Positions 9,244 through 17,703 of a stretch of 52,626 nt of DNA are shown here, one piece after another. This DNA comes from Thermodesulfobacteriota bacterium (GTDB taxonomy: Bacteria; Desulfobacterota_D; UBA1144): NCBI GenBank assembly GCA_036340075.1, contig JAYYZJ010000007.1:1-52626 (forward strand), in the 5' to 3' direction. The translations under genes were made by a program, and so were the position numbers. The first letter of the stretch is position 1, and each line of letters opens with the position of its first letter. Below the pieces are notes generated by a model, which saw only the letters and a list, made by a program, of their open reading frames with translations, was not told where the DNA came from and searched no databases.

Positions 9244-10518
9244 ATGAAAAAGGTAAATATAGGAATAATTGGCTTAGGAACTATTGGTTCCGGTGTCTAT
9301 AAAATACTAAAGCAAAGAAAAAATCATATTAAAGAAATATATCAAATAGATATAAAGATAATAAAATGCTGTGATATTTCAAATAAACCAAAAAGAAGTT
9401 TAAATATTCCCTCTTCGATTTTTACCAAAAACTTTAAAGATGTTCTGGAAGATAAAAATATTGAAACTGTAATAGAGCTTATAGGCGGGACCTCTATAGC
9501 ATATTCAATATCCAAAGAAGTACTTAAGAGTGGAAAAAATTTAATTACTGCAAACAAGGCATTGCTTGCTAAACATGGAGATGCTCTTGCTAGCCTTGCG
9601 AAGAAATCTAATCAAAACATTGCTTACGAAGCCAGTGTTGGGGGTGGAATTCCTTTAATTAATACAATTCAAAGCTCGGTACTGATTAATGAAATAACTT
9701 CTTTTCAAGGAATTATGAATGGAACATGTAATTATATTTTATCAATGATGTCTAAAGGGATTGAATTTAAAGACGCTCTTAAATCTGCTCAAGCAGCTGG
9801 ATTTGCAGAAGCAGACCCTACTTTAGATATTAATGGTTACGACACAGCTCACAAGGTTTCTGTTTTATGTAAAACATGTTTTGGATTAAATATAAATTTA
9901 AAAGATTTCTTTATTGATGGCATAGAGAAAATTACTTCATATGATTTAGAGTGTGCTCAAAATCTAGGTTATAAAATTAAACTTTTGGGTATAGGCAGGA
10001 TAGTAAAAAATTCTATTGATGCAAGAGTTCATCCTACACTTGTTGAAAATAGCAATCCTCTTGCTAATGTTGAGAATGAATTCAATGCTGTCTTAATTAA
10101 TTCTAGAAATTTAGGGCCTATAATGAGTTATGGTTATGGGGCAGGAATGCTTCCTACTGCTTCTGCAGTTGTGTCAGATATTATTAGATTATCAAGTAGC
10201 AATTTTGAATCAAATCTTAACAAAAATAAGATGCGAATAAATTCAATGGATAAGCTGGAGAGGAAATTCTATTTGAGAATTAACTTAGAAGATAAAAGTG
10301 GGAATCTAGGAAAAATTACTAGCATACTTGGAAAAAGCAAAATAAGTATAGAAAAAATAATTCAAGACAATATTCCTGCTTCTAAAAACAAAGTGCCGGT
10401 AATTATTTTTATCAAAAAAACTAAATTCCAGACAATTAATCGTGCTTTAGAGAAAATCAAAAAACTAAAGCTTGTATCTAGTCGTCCTCTGCTTATTCCA
10501 GTAGAGGATATTTCTTGA
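9244..10518 (+). CDS. hom: Homoserine dehydrogenase with C-terminal ACT domain
   Basis: GLGTIG, TANK, EASVGGGIP, NGTCNYIL, GFAEADPTLDI.G.D..HK. Confidence 0.95.
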   Translation: MKKVNIGIIGLGTIGSGVYKILKQRKNHIKEIYQIDIKIIKCCDISNKPKRSLNIPSSIFTKNFKDVLEDKNIETVIELIGGTSIAYSISKEVLKSGKNLITANKALLAKHGDALASLAKKSNQNIAYEASVGGGIPLINTIQSSVLINEITSFQGIMNGTCNYILSMMSKGIEFKDALKSAQAAGFAEADPTLDINGYDTAHKVSVLCKTCFGLNINLKDFFIDGIEKITSYDLECAQNLGYKIKLLGIGRIVKNSIDARVHPTLVENSNPLANVENEFNAVLINSRNLGPIMSYGYGAGMLPTASAVVSDIIRLSSSNFESNLNKNKMRINSMDKLERKFYLRINLEDKSGNLGKITSILGKSKISIEKIIQDNIPASKNKVPVIIFIKKTKFQTINRALEKIKKLKLVSSRPLLIPVEDIS

Positions 10519-11582
10519 AAGAATTAGATGTAGATTATAGAAATTTGGTTTTAGATAATATAAGAGAAGGAATATTGATATTAGATTCTGAATTAAATTT
10601 TGTATTTATTAACCAAGAAGCAGAAAATATAATTGGGATATCTAGTAATCGTATTAAGAAGACAAACGATTTAAATCTTTTAGATGAACAGGTAATAGAT
10701 TTAGTAAGGAAAACTCAATCCGACTTGGAAACAAGATATATAAATGAAATTAATTTTAATAATTTATTTAATAAAAATAATATAATCTCACTTTATATAA
10801 AACCCATTTTGGATTATCAATCTCGGAATCCTCAACTTGAATATATATTGATTCAATTTAGGAATCTGGAAGCTATGCATCTTTTGAATAAAAAAAAGCA
10901 ATATGACGAAGAAGAAGAGATTATGAGCCAACTGTTTTATGGGTTAGCCCATGAAATAAAAAATCCCTTAGCTGGAATAAAAGGAGCTGCCCAATTAATT
11001 AAAAAGGAAAAGAATTCGAGTGAGAAAACAAAGGAGTGTTCGAACATTATAGAGAAAGAGGCTGTAAGATTAGCCAATCTGGTTGACACATTTAATCATC
11101 TGCAGCCACATTCTGAAGACACATATAGCAAAGTAGATATTAATAATCTTTTAAATGAAGTAATAGAAATCTGCTCTAAAGATCAAGAAAAAAAGAAGGT
11201 TTCTCTTTTTGTTTCTCTAGAATTAGAATCTGCTGTTATCTTCTGTGACAAAGAACTTTTAAGAATAGTTCTTCTAAATGTTTTGAAAAATGCATATGAT
11301 TCGATAAAAAGTAAAGGAGAAATAAAAATTAATACTAATAGAATTACTGATTTTAAAGTAGACAAAAAGAGCTTCTTTCTGATAAGTGTCAATGACAACG
11401 GTAAAGGAATAGAAAAAGACAAACTAGATAAAATTTTTCAGCCCTTCTTTACTACAAAGAAAAATGGACAAGGATTTGGCCTGTTTTTAAGTCAAAAAAT
11501 TATTAATAAGTTCGGAGGCTTTATCGAAGCGTCTTCTAACGGAAATGGTGCTACTTTTAAAATCTATTTACCTATTAATTAA
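10515..11582 (+). CDS. PAS-domain sensor histidine kinase, NtrB-like
   Basis: N-terminal PAS, GLAHEIKNPLAGIKGAAQL H-box, N box, DNGKG, FFTTK, GQGFGL; TTG start. Confidence 0.88.
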   Translation: MKELDVDYRNLVLDNIREGILILDSELNFVFINQEAENIIGISSNRIKKTNDLNLLDEQVIDLVRKTQSDLETRYINEINFNNLFNKNNIISLYIKPILDYQSRNPQLEYILIQFRNLEAMHLLNKKKQYDEEEEIMSQLFYGLAHEIKNPLAGIKGAAQLIKKEKNSSEKTKECSNIIEKEAVRLANLVDTFNHLQPHSEDTYSKVDINNLLNEVIEICSKDQEKKKVSLFVSLELESAVIFCDKELLRIVLLNVLKNAYDSIKSKGEIKINTNRITDFKVDKKSFFLISVNDNGKGIEKDKLDKIFQPFFTTKKNGQGFGLFLSQKIINKFGGFIEASSNGNGATFKIYLPIN

Positions 11583-11626
11583 TCATTAGAAATATTAATT
11601 GGGTATAATTTTATATAATAAAAGTT

Positions 11627-13060
11627 ATGAGCGACTCTATTTTAATAGTTGATGACGAAGAAAGTGTAAGGACCGTACTAGATCTTCATTTGAAAGATTT
11701 AGGATACGAGACTAATGGTTCAACAAAATTGTCCGAGACCTATTCTTTGTTAAAAAAAACTGAATTTGAATTAATTCTTCTAGATATTAATCTTCCCGAT
11801 GGAAACTCATTGGATTATTTAGATAAAATTAAGAAATTAGCAAATAACGCTTCAATTATTGTTATTACTGCCCAAGATACTATGAATAACGCCATAGAAG
11901 CTATGAAGAATGGTGCATATGATTATTTATCAAAACCTTTCGAGTTTGATTCTGACTTTGCCCTGACAGTAGAAAGAGCAGTTAAAAATTCAATCAATAC
12001 AAAGAAAATTCTCTCGCTGGAGAAGGATTTAAGCAATAAAGATTATCAAGAATCTGAAATTATAGGAAAATCTCCGGAAATAAAAAAGATTTTTAAAGAC
12101 ATTGGCCGAATCTCTCAGTCTGAACATACAGTATTGGTAACTGGGGAATCTGGTACAGGTAAAGAGCTTGTTGCAAAAGCAATACATTCTGCAAGCTCTA
12201 ATTCAAAAGGAAATTATGTTCAGATAAATATAACTGCGATTCCTAACGATCTACTTGAAAGTGAACTCTTTGGATACGAAAAAGGAGCATTTACTGGAGC
12301 TGATACTAAAAAGATTGGTAGGTTTGAAGAAGCGAATGGAGGCACTATTCTTCTAGATGAAATTGGTGATATGTCTTATTCGGTTCAAAGCAAACTATTG
12401 AGAGTCTTAGAGGAGAGAAAGTTTTATAGATTAGGTTCCCAGAAACCTGTCAAATTCGATTGTAGAATTATTGCATCAACAAATAAGAATTTAGAAAAAG
12501 AAGTTGAAAATAAGAACTTTAGAGAAGATTTATTTTTTAGATTAAATTCCATCAATATAGAAATTCCTCCTTTGCGAGAGAGAAAATCTGACATACCTCT
12601 CTTGATAGATTTTTTTCTTAATAAATATTCTGACTTAAAAGATTCTACCAAATCAATAGATAAGGAATTTTTAGAAGTTTTTCTAAAATATGACTGGCCA
12701 GGCAATATTAGAGAGCTTGAGAATTCAATAAAGAAAATAGTTTTAATGGTTCCCGATAACGAACTTACTGTTGATTCAATCAAGGAACATTTAGGAAAAC
12801 TCCTCGAAAAGACCGAGTCGATAAACAATAATGTCGACTACAGAAATTTAATAGAAAATTTATTTAATGACAAAAATATACCTGAGACCGGTATATATGA
12901 ATTTATAATTAATCGCATAGAAAAACCTATGATAGAATCTCTATTAATCAAAAATAATGGGGATTTAACTTTAACTTCAAAACAGCTTGATATATCTAAT
13001 GCTTCTCTAGACGAAAAGATAAAAATATTAAAGATAGATAAAACTCTTATTAGGAAATAG
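11627..13060 (+). CDS. Sigma-54-dependent response regulator, NtrC-like
   Basis: Receiver (DDE, D-phosphoacceptor, KPF), [36 protein letters not shown]; atypical C-terminal HTH. Confidence 0.92.
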   Translation: MSDSILIVDDEESVRTVLDLHLKDLGYETNGSTKLSETYSLLKKTEFELILLDINLPDGNSLDYLDKIKKLANNASIIVITAQDTMNNAIEAMKNGAYDYLSKPFEFDSDFALTVERAVKNSINTKKILSLEKDLSNKDYQESEIIGKSPEIKKIFKDIGRISQSEHTVLVTGESGTGKELVAKAIHSASSNSKGNYVQINITAIPNDLLESELFGYEKGAFTGADTKKIGRFEEANGGTILLDEIGDMSYSVQSKLLRVLEERKFYRLGSQKPVKFDCRIIASTNKNLEKEVENKNFREDLFFRLNSINIEIPPLRERKSDIPLLIDFFLNKYSDLKDSTKSIDKEFLEVFLKYDWPGNIRELENSIKKIVLMVPDNELTVDSIKEHLGKLLEKTESINNNVDYRNLIENLFNDKNIPETGIYEFIINRIEKPMIESLLIKNNGDLTLTSKQLDISNASLDEKIKILKIDKTLIRK

Positions 13061-13712
13061 CTAACTTCTTAATTGTTTTTTTTGCACAGTTATTTTGTGC
13101 TATCTTTTTACTTTTACCTGTTGAACTACAATACTTTTTGTCATTTATATAAACTGAAACATGGAAAATCCTTTTATGTGCAGGACCTTTTTCTTTAGTC
13201 GTTTTGTAAACTGGAAGAGTTCCAAATTCTTTTTGTGAGACTATTTGAAGAATCGATTTGTAGTCTTCTTCTAAAATATTTGAAAAATCTTCACTGAAAA
13301 GAAACCTTTTAAGAAACTTCTCAGCTTCTAGAATTCCTGAGTCTACATATATAGCTCCAACTATAGCTTCAAACAATGCTGACAAATTTGACTCTTTTTC
13401 TCGGCCTCGTGATTTCAATTCTCCCTTACCCAAAAGAATATATCTGTTAAGTGATAGTTTTTTGGCTATCTTGTAAAAAGATTTTGAGCTAACTATTTGA
13501 TTTTTTAATTTAGAAAGTTTTCCCTCATTGTAATCTGGAAAGTTCTTAAAAAGATACTTAGCGACCAAAAGCCCTATAACAGAATCCCCTAAAAATTCTA
13601 ATCTTTCGTTGTCATCTTTACCATTTTCATATCCATATGATTTATGCGTTAAAGATCTCTCAAGTAATAATTTATCTTTGAATTTGTATCTTATTCTATC
13701 TTCTAAATTCAT
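13050..13712 (-). CDS. rnc: Ribonuclease III
   Basis: NERLEFLGD signature and C-terminal dsRBD. Confidence 0.97.
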   Translation of the reverse strand: MNLEDRIRYKFKDKLLLERSLTHKSYGYENGKDDNERLEFLGDSVIGLLVAKYLFKNFPDYNEGKLSKLKNQIVSSKSFYKIAKKLSLNRYILLGKGELKSRGREKESNLSALFEAIVGAIYVDSGILEAEKFLKRFLFSEDFSNILEEDYKSILQIVSQKEFGTLPVYKTTKEKGPAHKRIFHVSVYINDKKYCSSTGKSKKIAQNNCAKKTIKKLAIS

Positions 13713-13771
13713 TAGCCTAATCTATCATAAAAGTACTATAATTTCTTAATAAAATTAACAATTTTAATGAT

Positions 13772-13800
13772 TTGCAAATAAAATCTTAATGCTGTAAAGT
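13772..13800 (+). promoter_or_regulatory. Candidate sigma-70 promoter of the AAA-VWA locus
   Basis: TTGCAA-17 nt-TAAAGT. Confidence 0.4.
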
Positions 13801-13837
13801 TACTTAGTATTAAATATATCCCGGATTAATTGAAATT

Positions 13838-14782
13838 ATGTCTAACACATTTGAGTTATTAAGAGAAGAAATGGATGAGTTGGTAGTAGGACACTCGGAC
13901 GTAAAAACAGCCTTATTGCTTGGGATAATTTCAAGAGAACATATCTACATACAAGGTCCTCCTGGTACAGCGAAGACTATGCTTTCTGAGATTATATCAA
14001 AATCAGCTGAACTTGATTTCTTTTTTTATCAAATGCATAGAGATACTAGATTGTCCGAATTGGTTGGCGACTTAGTTATTTCAAGAGAAGATACAAAAGA
14101 TGGTGAATTAATTCGACAAGACATTATAAAAGGCGGTATTCTTACTTCCGAAATATGCTTACTTGATGACATTTCTAGAGCGCCAGGTGAATCTTTAAAT
14201 GTTCTTTTAAGAATATTAAATGAGAGAAAGTATGGAGAAGAATCAATTCCTCTTCTTACCGCAATTGCAACAAGTAATCCGACAGCAGATGAATATTACA
14301 ACGAACCTTTGGATCCTGCTAATTTAGACAGATTTGTTATTCAAATCAATTCTAATGGACTCTCTTATGAGAAACAATGGGAAGATGTAAAGAAAATTGT
14401 AAGTTTGTATTCAGCAAAAAATGGCTCTTATGATTATGTAACAAAAGTAGGAAAAGATGCTCTTAATGAGAGCTACGAGCGGTTTGAAAAAGTAGTGGTT
14501 CCCGTAAATGTTCAAGAAGGTCTTGTTAATTTTGTTACCTGGCTAGTGGAAGACCAGAAGCTGAATGAACAGAATTCAGTAATTTCTGATAGGACATTTC
14601 TCGTAAAATCCATTAAAGTTATTAAGGCAAGCGCTATTCTAAATGGAAGAGATCAGGCAGATCTTTCTGATCTTAAAGCCTTAAAATTCATATTAGCCTT
14701 TCGTATACCAGAAGAACTATTTCAATTAGCAGAACAGAAACTTGAGTCAATAGAGAAGCAAAAAAAAAAGACCAAGAAGTAG
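13838..14782 (+). CDS. MoxR/RavA-type AAA+ ATPase (0-frame product)
   Basis: Walker A GPPGTAKT, Walker B variant CLLDD, LNER, sensor-1 ATSN, LDRF Arg finger, ISDR sensor-2. Confidence 0.88.
   Translation: MSNTFELLREEMDELVVGHSDVKTALLLGIISREHIYIQGPPGTAKTMLSEIISKSAELDFFFYQMHRDTRLSELVGDLVISREDTKDGELIRQDIIKGGILTSEICLLDDISRAPGESLNVLLRILNERKYGEESIPLLTAIATSNPTADEYYNEPLDPANLDRFVIQINSNGLSYEKQWEDVKKIVSLYSAKNGSYDYVTKVGKDALNESYERFEKVVVPVNVQEGLVNFVTWLVEDQKLNEQNSVISDRTFLVKSIKVIKASAILNGRDQADLSDLKALKFILAFRIPEELFQLAEQKLESIEKQKKKTKK
14760..14770 (+). other. A10G slippery sequence (contains A_AAA_AAG), candidate -1 frameshift / transcriptional slippage site
   Basis: 0-frame CAA AAA AAA AAG ACC AAG AAG TAG; the -1 frame is open from 14746 through 15957. 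Confidence 0.7.
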
Positions 14783-15957
14783 AAAATAAGAAAGATCGGC
14801 CTGGTCAAGATTACGAAAAAGATTCTGAAAATAAGGAATTTGGCTCAAACCAAGATAAGGATTCTGATATAACAGAAGAACAAATTAATGAAGCTTCGGA
14901 TGCTTTCATGGAAGCTCTCGAGGAATTAGAATCTAATTTAACTAGTCAAGATAATTCTAAACCTATGGAATCCGAAGACAAAATACCTACAAATCCTAGC
15001 AATCAGAGTGAAGATGATGGTGAAGGTGATATTGAGAATGCTCCACTCTCAGAGAAGATATATGCTACAAAATCTAAAAGATCTGGAGAGTCTGATACCG
15101 CCAGAACTGGTACATTAGATAATTCAGAAGTTGCTCAAAATGTACAAATAGTCATGAAATGCTTGGAAGGTAACATACAAAGAAGTTTAGCTAAGAAAGG
15201 AACCCATCCTGGGGGCCTACCTAGAAGGTATAAAAGAATGAACTCTTTCTATGAAATAGAAGATGTTGATCCAATGGATGCAACAATTTGGACAAAAAAT
15301 CTTTCTCCTCTACTTCCTCGAGTTCACCAGAGGGAAAGGGAAATGATGGGAGGAGAAATAGCCATTCTAAGAGATATAAGCACCTCTATGATGGGAGTTT
15401 ATAGCGAATGGTCATCTTCCGTAGTCAAGGCTGTAGTAGAACTTGCTAGAACCAAAAGGATGAGGGTTGGGTATATAGAATTTAATCATAAATCATTTAA
15501 GACAATTGTGGAGGAGAAATTTTTCACAAAAGAATATGAAACTATATTGCAATCTGCAAATAAAACAGAGTGCTCTGGAAATACAAACTATGAAGAAGCT
15601 CTTAAAGATGCAATATCGGATTTTAAAGGTAGGGGTTTGAGAAACAAGCACATACTATTTATTACAGATGGTATTCCTACCTCAGGTGATACCGAAGTAG
15701 TCAGAGAAAGAGAAAGAGCAAAGAAACTTGGAATATGTATACATTCTATATTTATTGGTTCAAAGAATTTTCCTGCAATTCTTAATACAATTTCCAAAGA
15801 AACTTGGGGTTCTCAATTCGTTGCTTATGAAAACCAACATGGGAAAATAGTTATAGAAAGAAAAGAATCTAGTATAAATTTTCATGTTCCTAAAGGAATA
15901 GTTCGTGAAGGGGCTACGAATTATAATAAGAATCTAGATCCTCTCAACTTCATCTAA
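14770..15957 (+). CDS. Acidic linker plus VWA domain; probably the C-terminal part of a frameshifted AAA-VWA fusion (first in-frame ATG at 14908)
   Basis: MIDAS DISTS, GNTNY, LFITDG. Upstream in-frame extension DQEVENKKDRPGQDYEKDSENKEFGSNQDKDSDITEEQINEASDAF has no stop. Confidence 0.8.
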   Translation, partial: DQEVENKKDRPGQDYEKDSENKEFGSNQDKDSDITEEQINEASDAFMEALEELESNLTSQDNSKPMESEDKIPTNPSNQSEDDGEGDIENAPLSEKIYATKSKRSGESDTARTGTLDNSEVAQNVQIVMKCLEGNIQRSLAKKGTHPGGLPRRYKRMNSFYEIEDVDPMDATIWTKNLSPLLPRVHQREREMMGGEIAILRDISTSMMGVYSEWSSSVVKAVVELARTKRMRVGYIEFNHKSFKTIVEEKFFTKEYETILQSANKTECSGNTNYEEALKDAISDFKGRGLRNKHILFITDGIPTSGDTEVVRERERAKKLGICIHSIFIGSKNFPAILNTISKETWGSQFVAYENQHGKIVIERKESSINFHVPKGIVREGATNYNKNLDPLNFI

Positions 15958-17087
15958 TCCTTAATTGTAACCATATTGTCTCTATTCATTATTTCATCAG
16001 AATATTTATAACCTAAAACTTTTTCTATATCTTTTGATTTCATACCCTTGATTTGATTAATCTCTTCAGAATCATAAGAAATGAGACCTTTTGCAATCTC
16101 TTTCATTGTTTTAGAATTAACACATATAACTTGTGCTCCCTTGAGAAACTTACCTTCTACTTTTAATACACCTGAAGGAAGTAAGCTTTTTCCTTTTTGA
16201 ATTATTGCATCTGAAGCACCCTGGTCTATTATTAGTCTGCCCGAAGATTTAGGTCCTATACCTATCCATTTTTTTCTATTTTTAATCTTCTTAGAACTAG
16301 GCATTATCACTGTTCCAACATCTTCATAATTAAATATTCTCCGTAATTCATCCTTAGCTGTTCCATTTGCGATAATTGTTGGTATTCCGAATTTTGATAC
16401 TTCTAAAGAAGCCTCTATCTTGGACTTCATGCCACCAAAGGATATCTCTTCAGACGTATCACTTATTACAGTAGAATCGAATTTATCTTCTTTAATTACT
16501 TGGATAAGTCTTGCTTGTTTATTTTTTTTTGGATTAGAGCTATAAAGTCCATTTGTATCAGTAAGCAAAATTAAACAGTCTGCGTCCATCATTGATGCAA
16601 CTTTAGATGCAAGAATATCATTATCACCAAACATTATTTCATCTACAGATACAGTATCATTTTCATTTATAACAGGAACTATTTTCATTTTTATCAATTC
16701 CAAAATAGTGGCACGTGTATTTAAGAACCTTTTTCTATTAGAAAAAATATCGTTTGTTAGCAATAATTGGGATACGTCAACTTTTTCCTTTTCAAATGCT
16801 TTAATGTAATAACTCATTAGCTTTAATTGGCCTAATGATGCTATGGCTTGTTTTTTTACTATATTGATTTTTTTTATATTTAAAGAAAAAAGCTCGTTGC
16901 CTGCGAGAATAGCACCAGAAGAAACAATAAGACAATCAATATTTTTTGAACGAAGATACTTTACAGATGAAGCAAGGAATTTAATTCTGGAATAACTTAT
17001 TCTTCCAGACTTGTCAGCTAGAGCTTTAGATCCTATTTTAATTACAACTCTTTTTGCTTTTTTTAGTATATTCTTTATATCTTCCAT
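15954..17087 (-). CDS. proB: Glutamate 5-kinase with PUA domain
   Basis: VIKIGS, VSSGA, PVINENDTV, FGDND, GGMKSK, SLLPSG. Confidence 0.96.
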   Translation of the reverse strand: MEDIKNILKKAKRVVIKIGSKALADKSGRISYSRIKFLASSVKYLRSKNIDCLIVSSGAILAGNELFSLNIKKINIVKKQAIASLGQLKLMSYYIKAFEKEKVDVSQLLLTNDIFSNRKRFLNTRATILELIKMKIVPVINENDTVSVDEIMFGDNDILASKVASMMDADCLILLTDTNGLYSSNPKKNKQARLIQVIKEDKFDSTVISDTSEEISFGGMKSKIEASLEVSKFGIPTIIANGTAKDELRRIFNYEDVGTVIMPSSKKIKNRKKWIGIGPKSSGRLIIDQGASDAIIQKGKSLLPSGVLKVEGKFLKGAQVICVNSKTMKEIAKGLISYDSEEINQIKGMKSKDIEKVLGYKYSDEIMNRDNMVTIKD

Positions 17088-17126
17088 TATTCAAATATAG
17101 AAGTATAATTAGTCAAAGTCTATAGT

Positions 17127-17200
17127 GCGGGAATAGCTCAGTTGGCTAGAGCATCTGCTTGCCAAGCAGAAGGTCGCGGGTTCGAGTCCCGTTTCCCGCT
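17127..17200 (+). tRNA. tRNA-Gly(GCC), CCA not encoded
   Basis: GCGGGAATAGCTCAGTTGGCTAGAGCATCTGCTTGCCAAGCAGAAGGTCGCGGGTTCGAGTCCCGTTTCCCGCT; U73 discriminator. Confidence 0.97.
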
Positions 17201-17207
17201 TAAACAA

Positions 17208-17702
17208 CTAATTATTTTCTATAATCTTGTTGAATTTTTTACTAAAATCTTCTCCAAAGTATTTCTTGACTAAGTTATTATTAATTGTCTTGTATTCCAC
17301 AATTCCCCTAGTTTTTGCTGTTGAATCTGAAATTATTTCTACTTTAACTTTGACTATATTGTCTTTATATTCAATTACTTCCCCTACAACCTTAAGATCA
17401 TTATCAACTTGAATTTGTGACAAATACTCAACTGACAGAGATTTGGTAAATCCGAGCTGCCTAATGTCATTAAACATTGACCAAAACCCTATTTCGTCAA
17501 TGATAGTTGCTTGTATACCTCCATGAATTACAGAAGGGAATCCTGAATATAGATTCGATAGATTAAATATTGCATAAGTGGTGGTATCTTCATATCTTAT
17601 ATCTAAGTTTAGACCTATTGGGTTAGTATCAGAGCATACAAAACAATTATAATTATCTATTGATTTAAAGAGATTTCTTAAGTCAGCAAAGAGTGTGTTC
17701 AA
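17208..17702 (-). CDS. PaaI-type hotdog-fold thioesterase
   Basis: CFVC...NPIGL, HGG..ATIIDE. Likely start is TTG 17702, just after the gyrA stop and preceded by AGGA. Confidence 0.85.
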   Translation of the reverse strand: MNTLFADLRNLFKSIDNYNCFVCSDTNPIGLNLDIRYEDTTTYAIFNLSNLYSGFPSVIHGGIQATIIDEIGFWSMFNDIRQLGFTKSLSVEYLSQIQVDNDLKVVGEVIEYKDNIVKVKVEIISDSTAKTRGIVEYKTINNNLVKKYFGEDFSKKFNKIIENN

Positions 17703-17703
17703 T

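Noticed and set aside
9102..9302. 66-aa ORF MWSRRGSNPRPLECHPSALPAELRP...
   Set aside because: It is the antisense translation of tRNA-Ala, a typical shadow ORF.
13083..13101. TGCAC-N9-GTGCT resembling an NtrC box
   Set aside because: Wrong spacing (N7 expected), inside the rnc coding sequence, and no sigma-54 promoter nearby.
16522..16530. A9 run on the proB coding strand as another slippage site
   Set aside because: proB is full length and in frame; nothing suggests a functional alternative-frame product.
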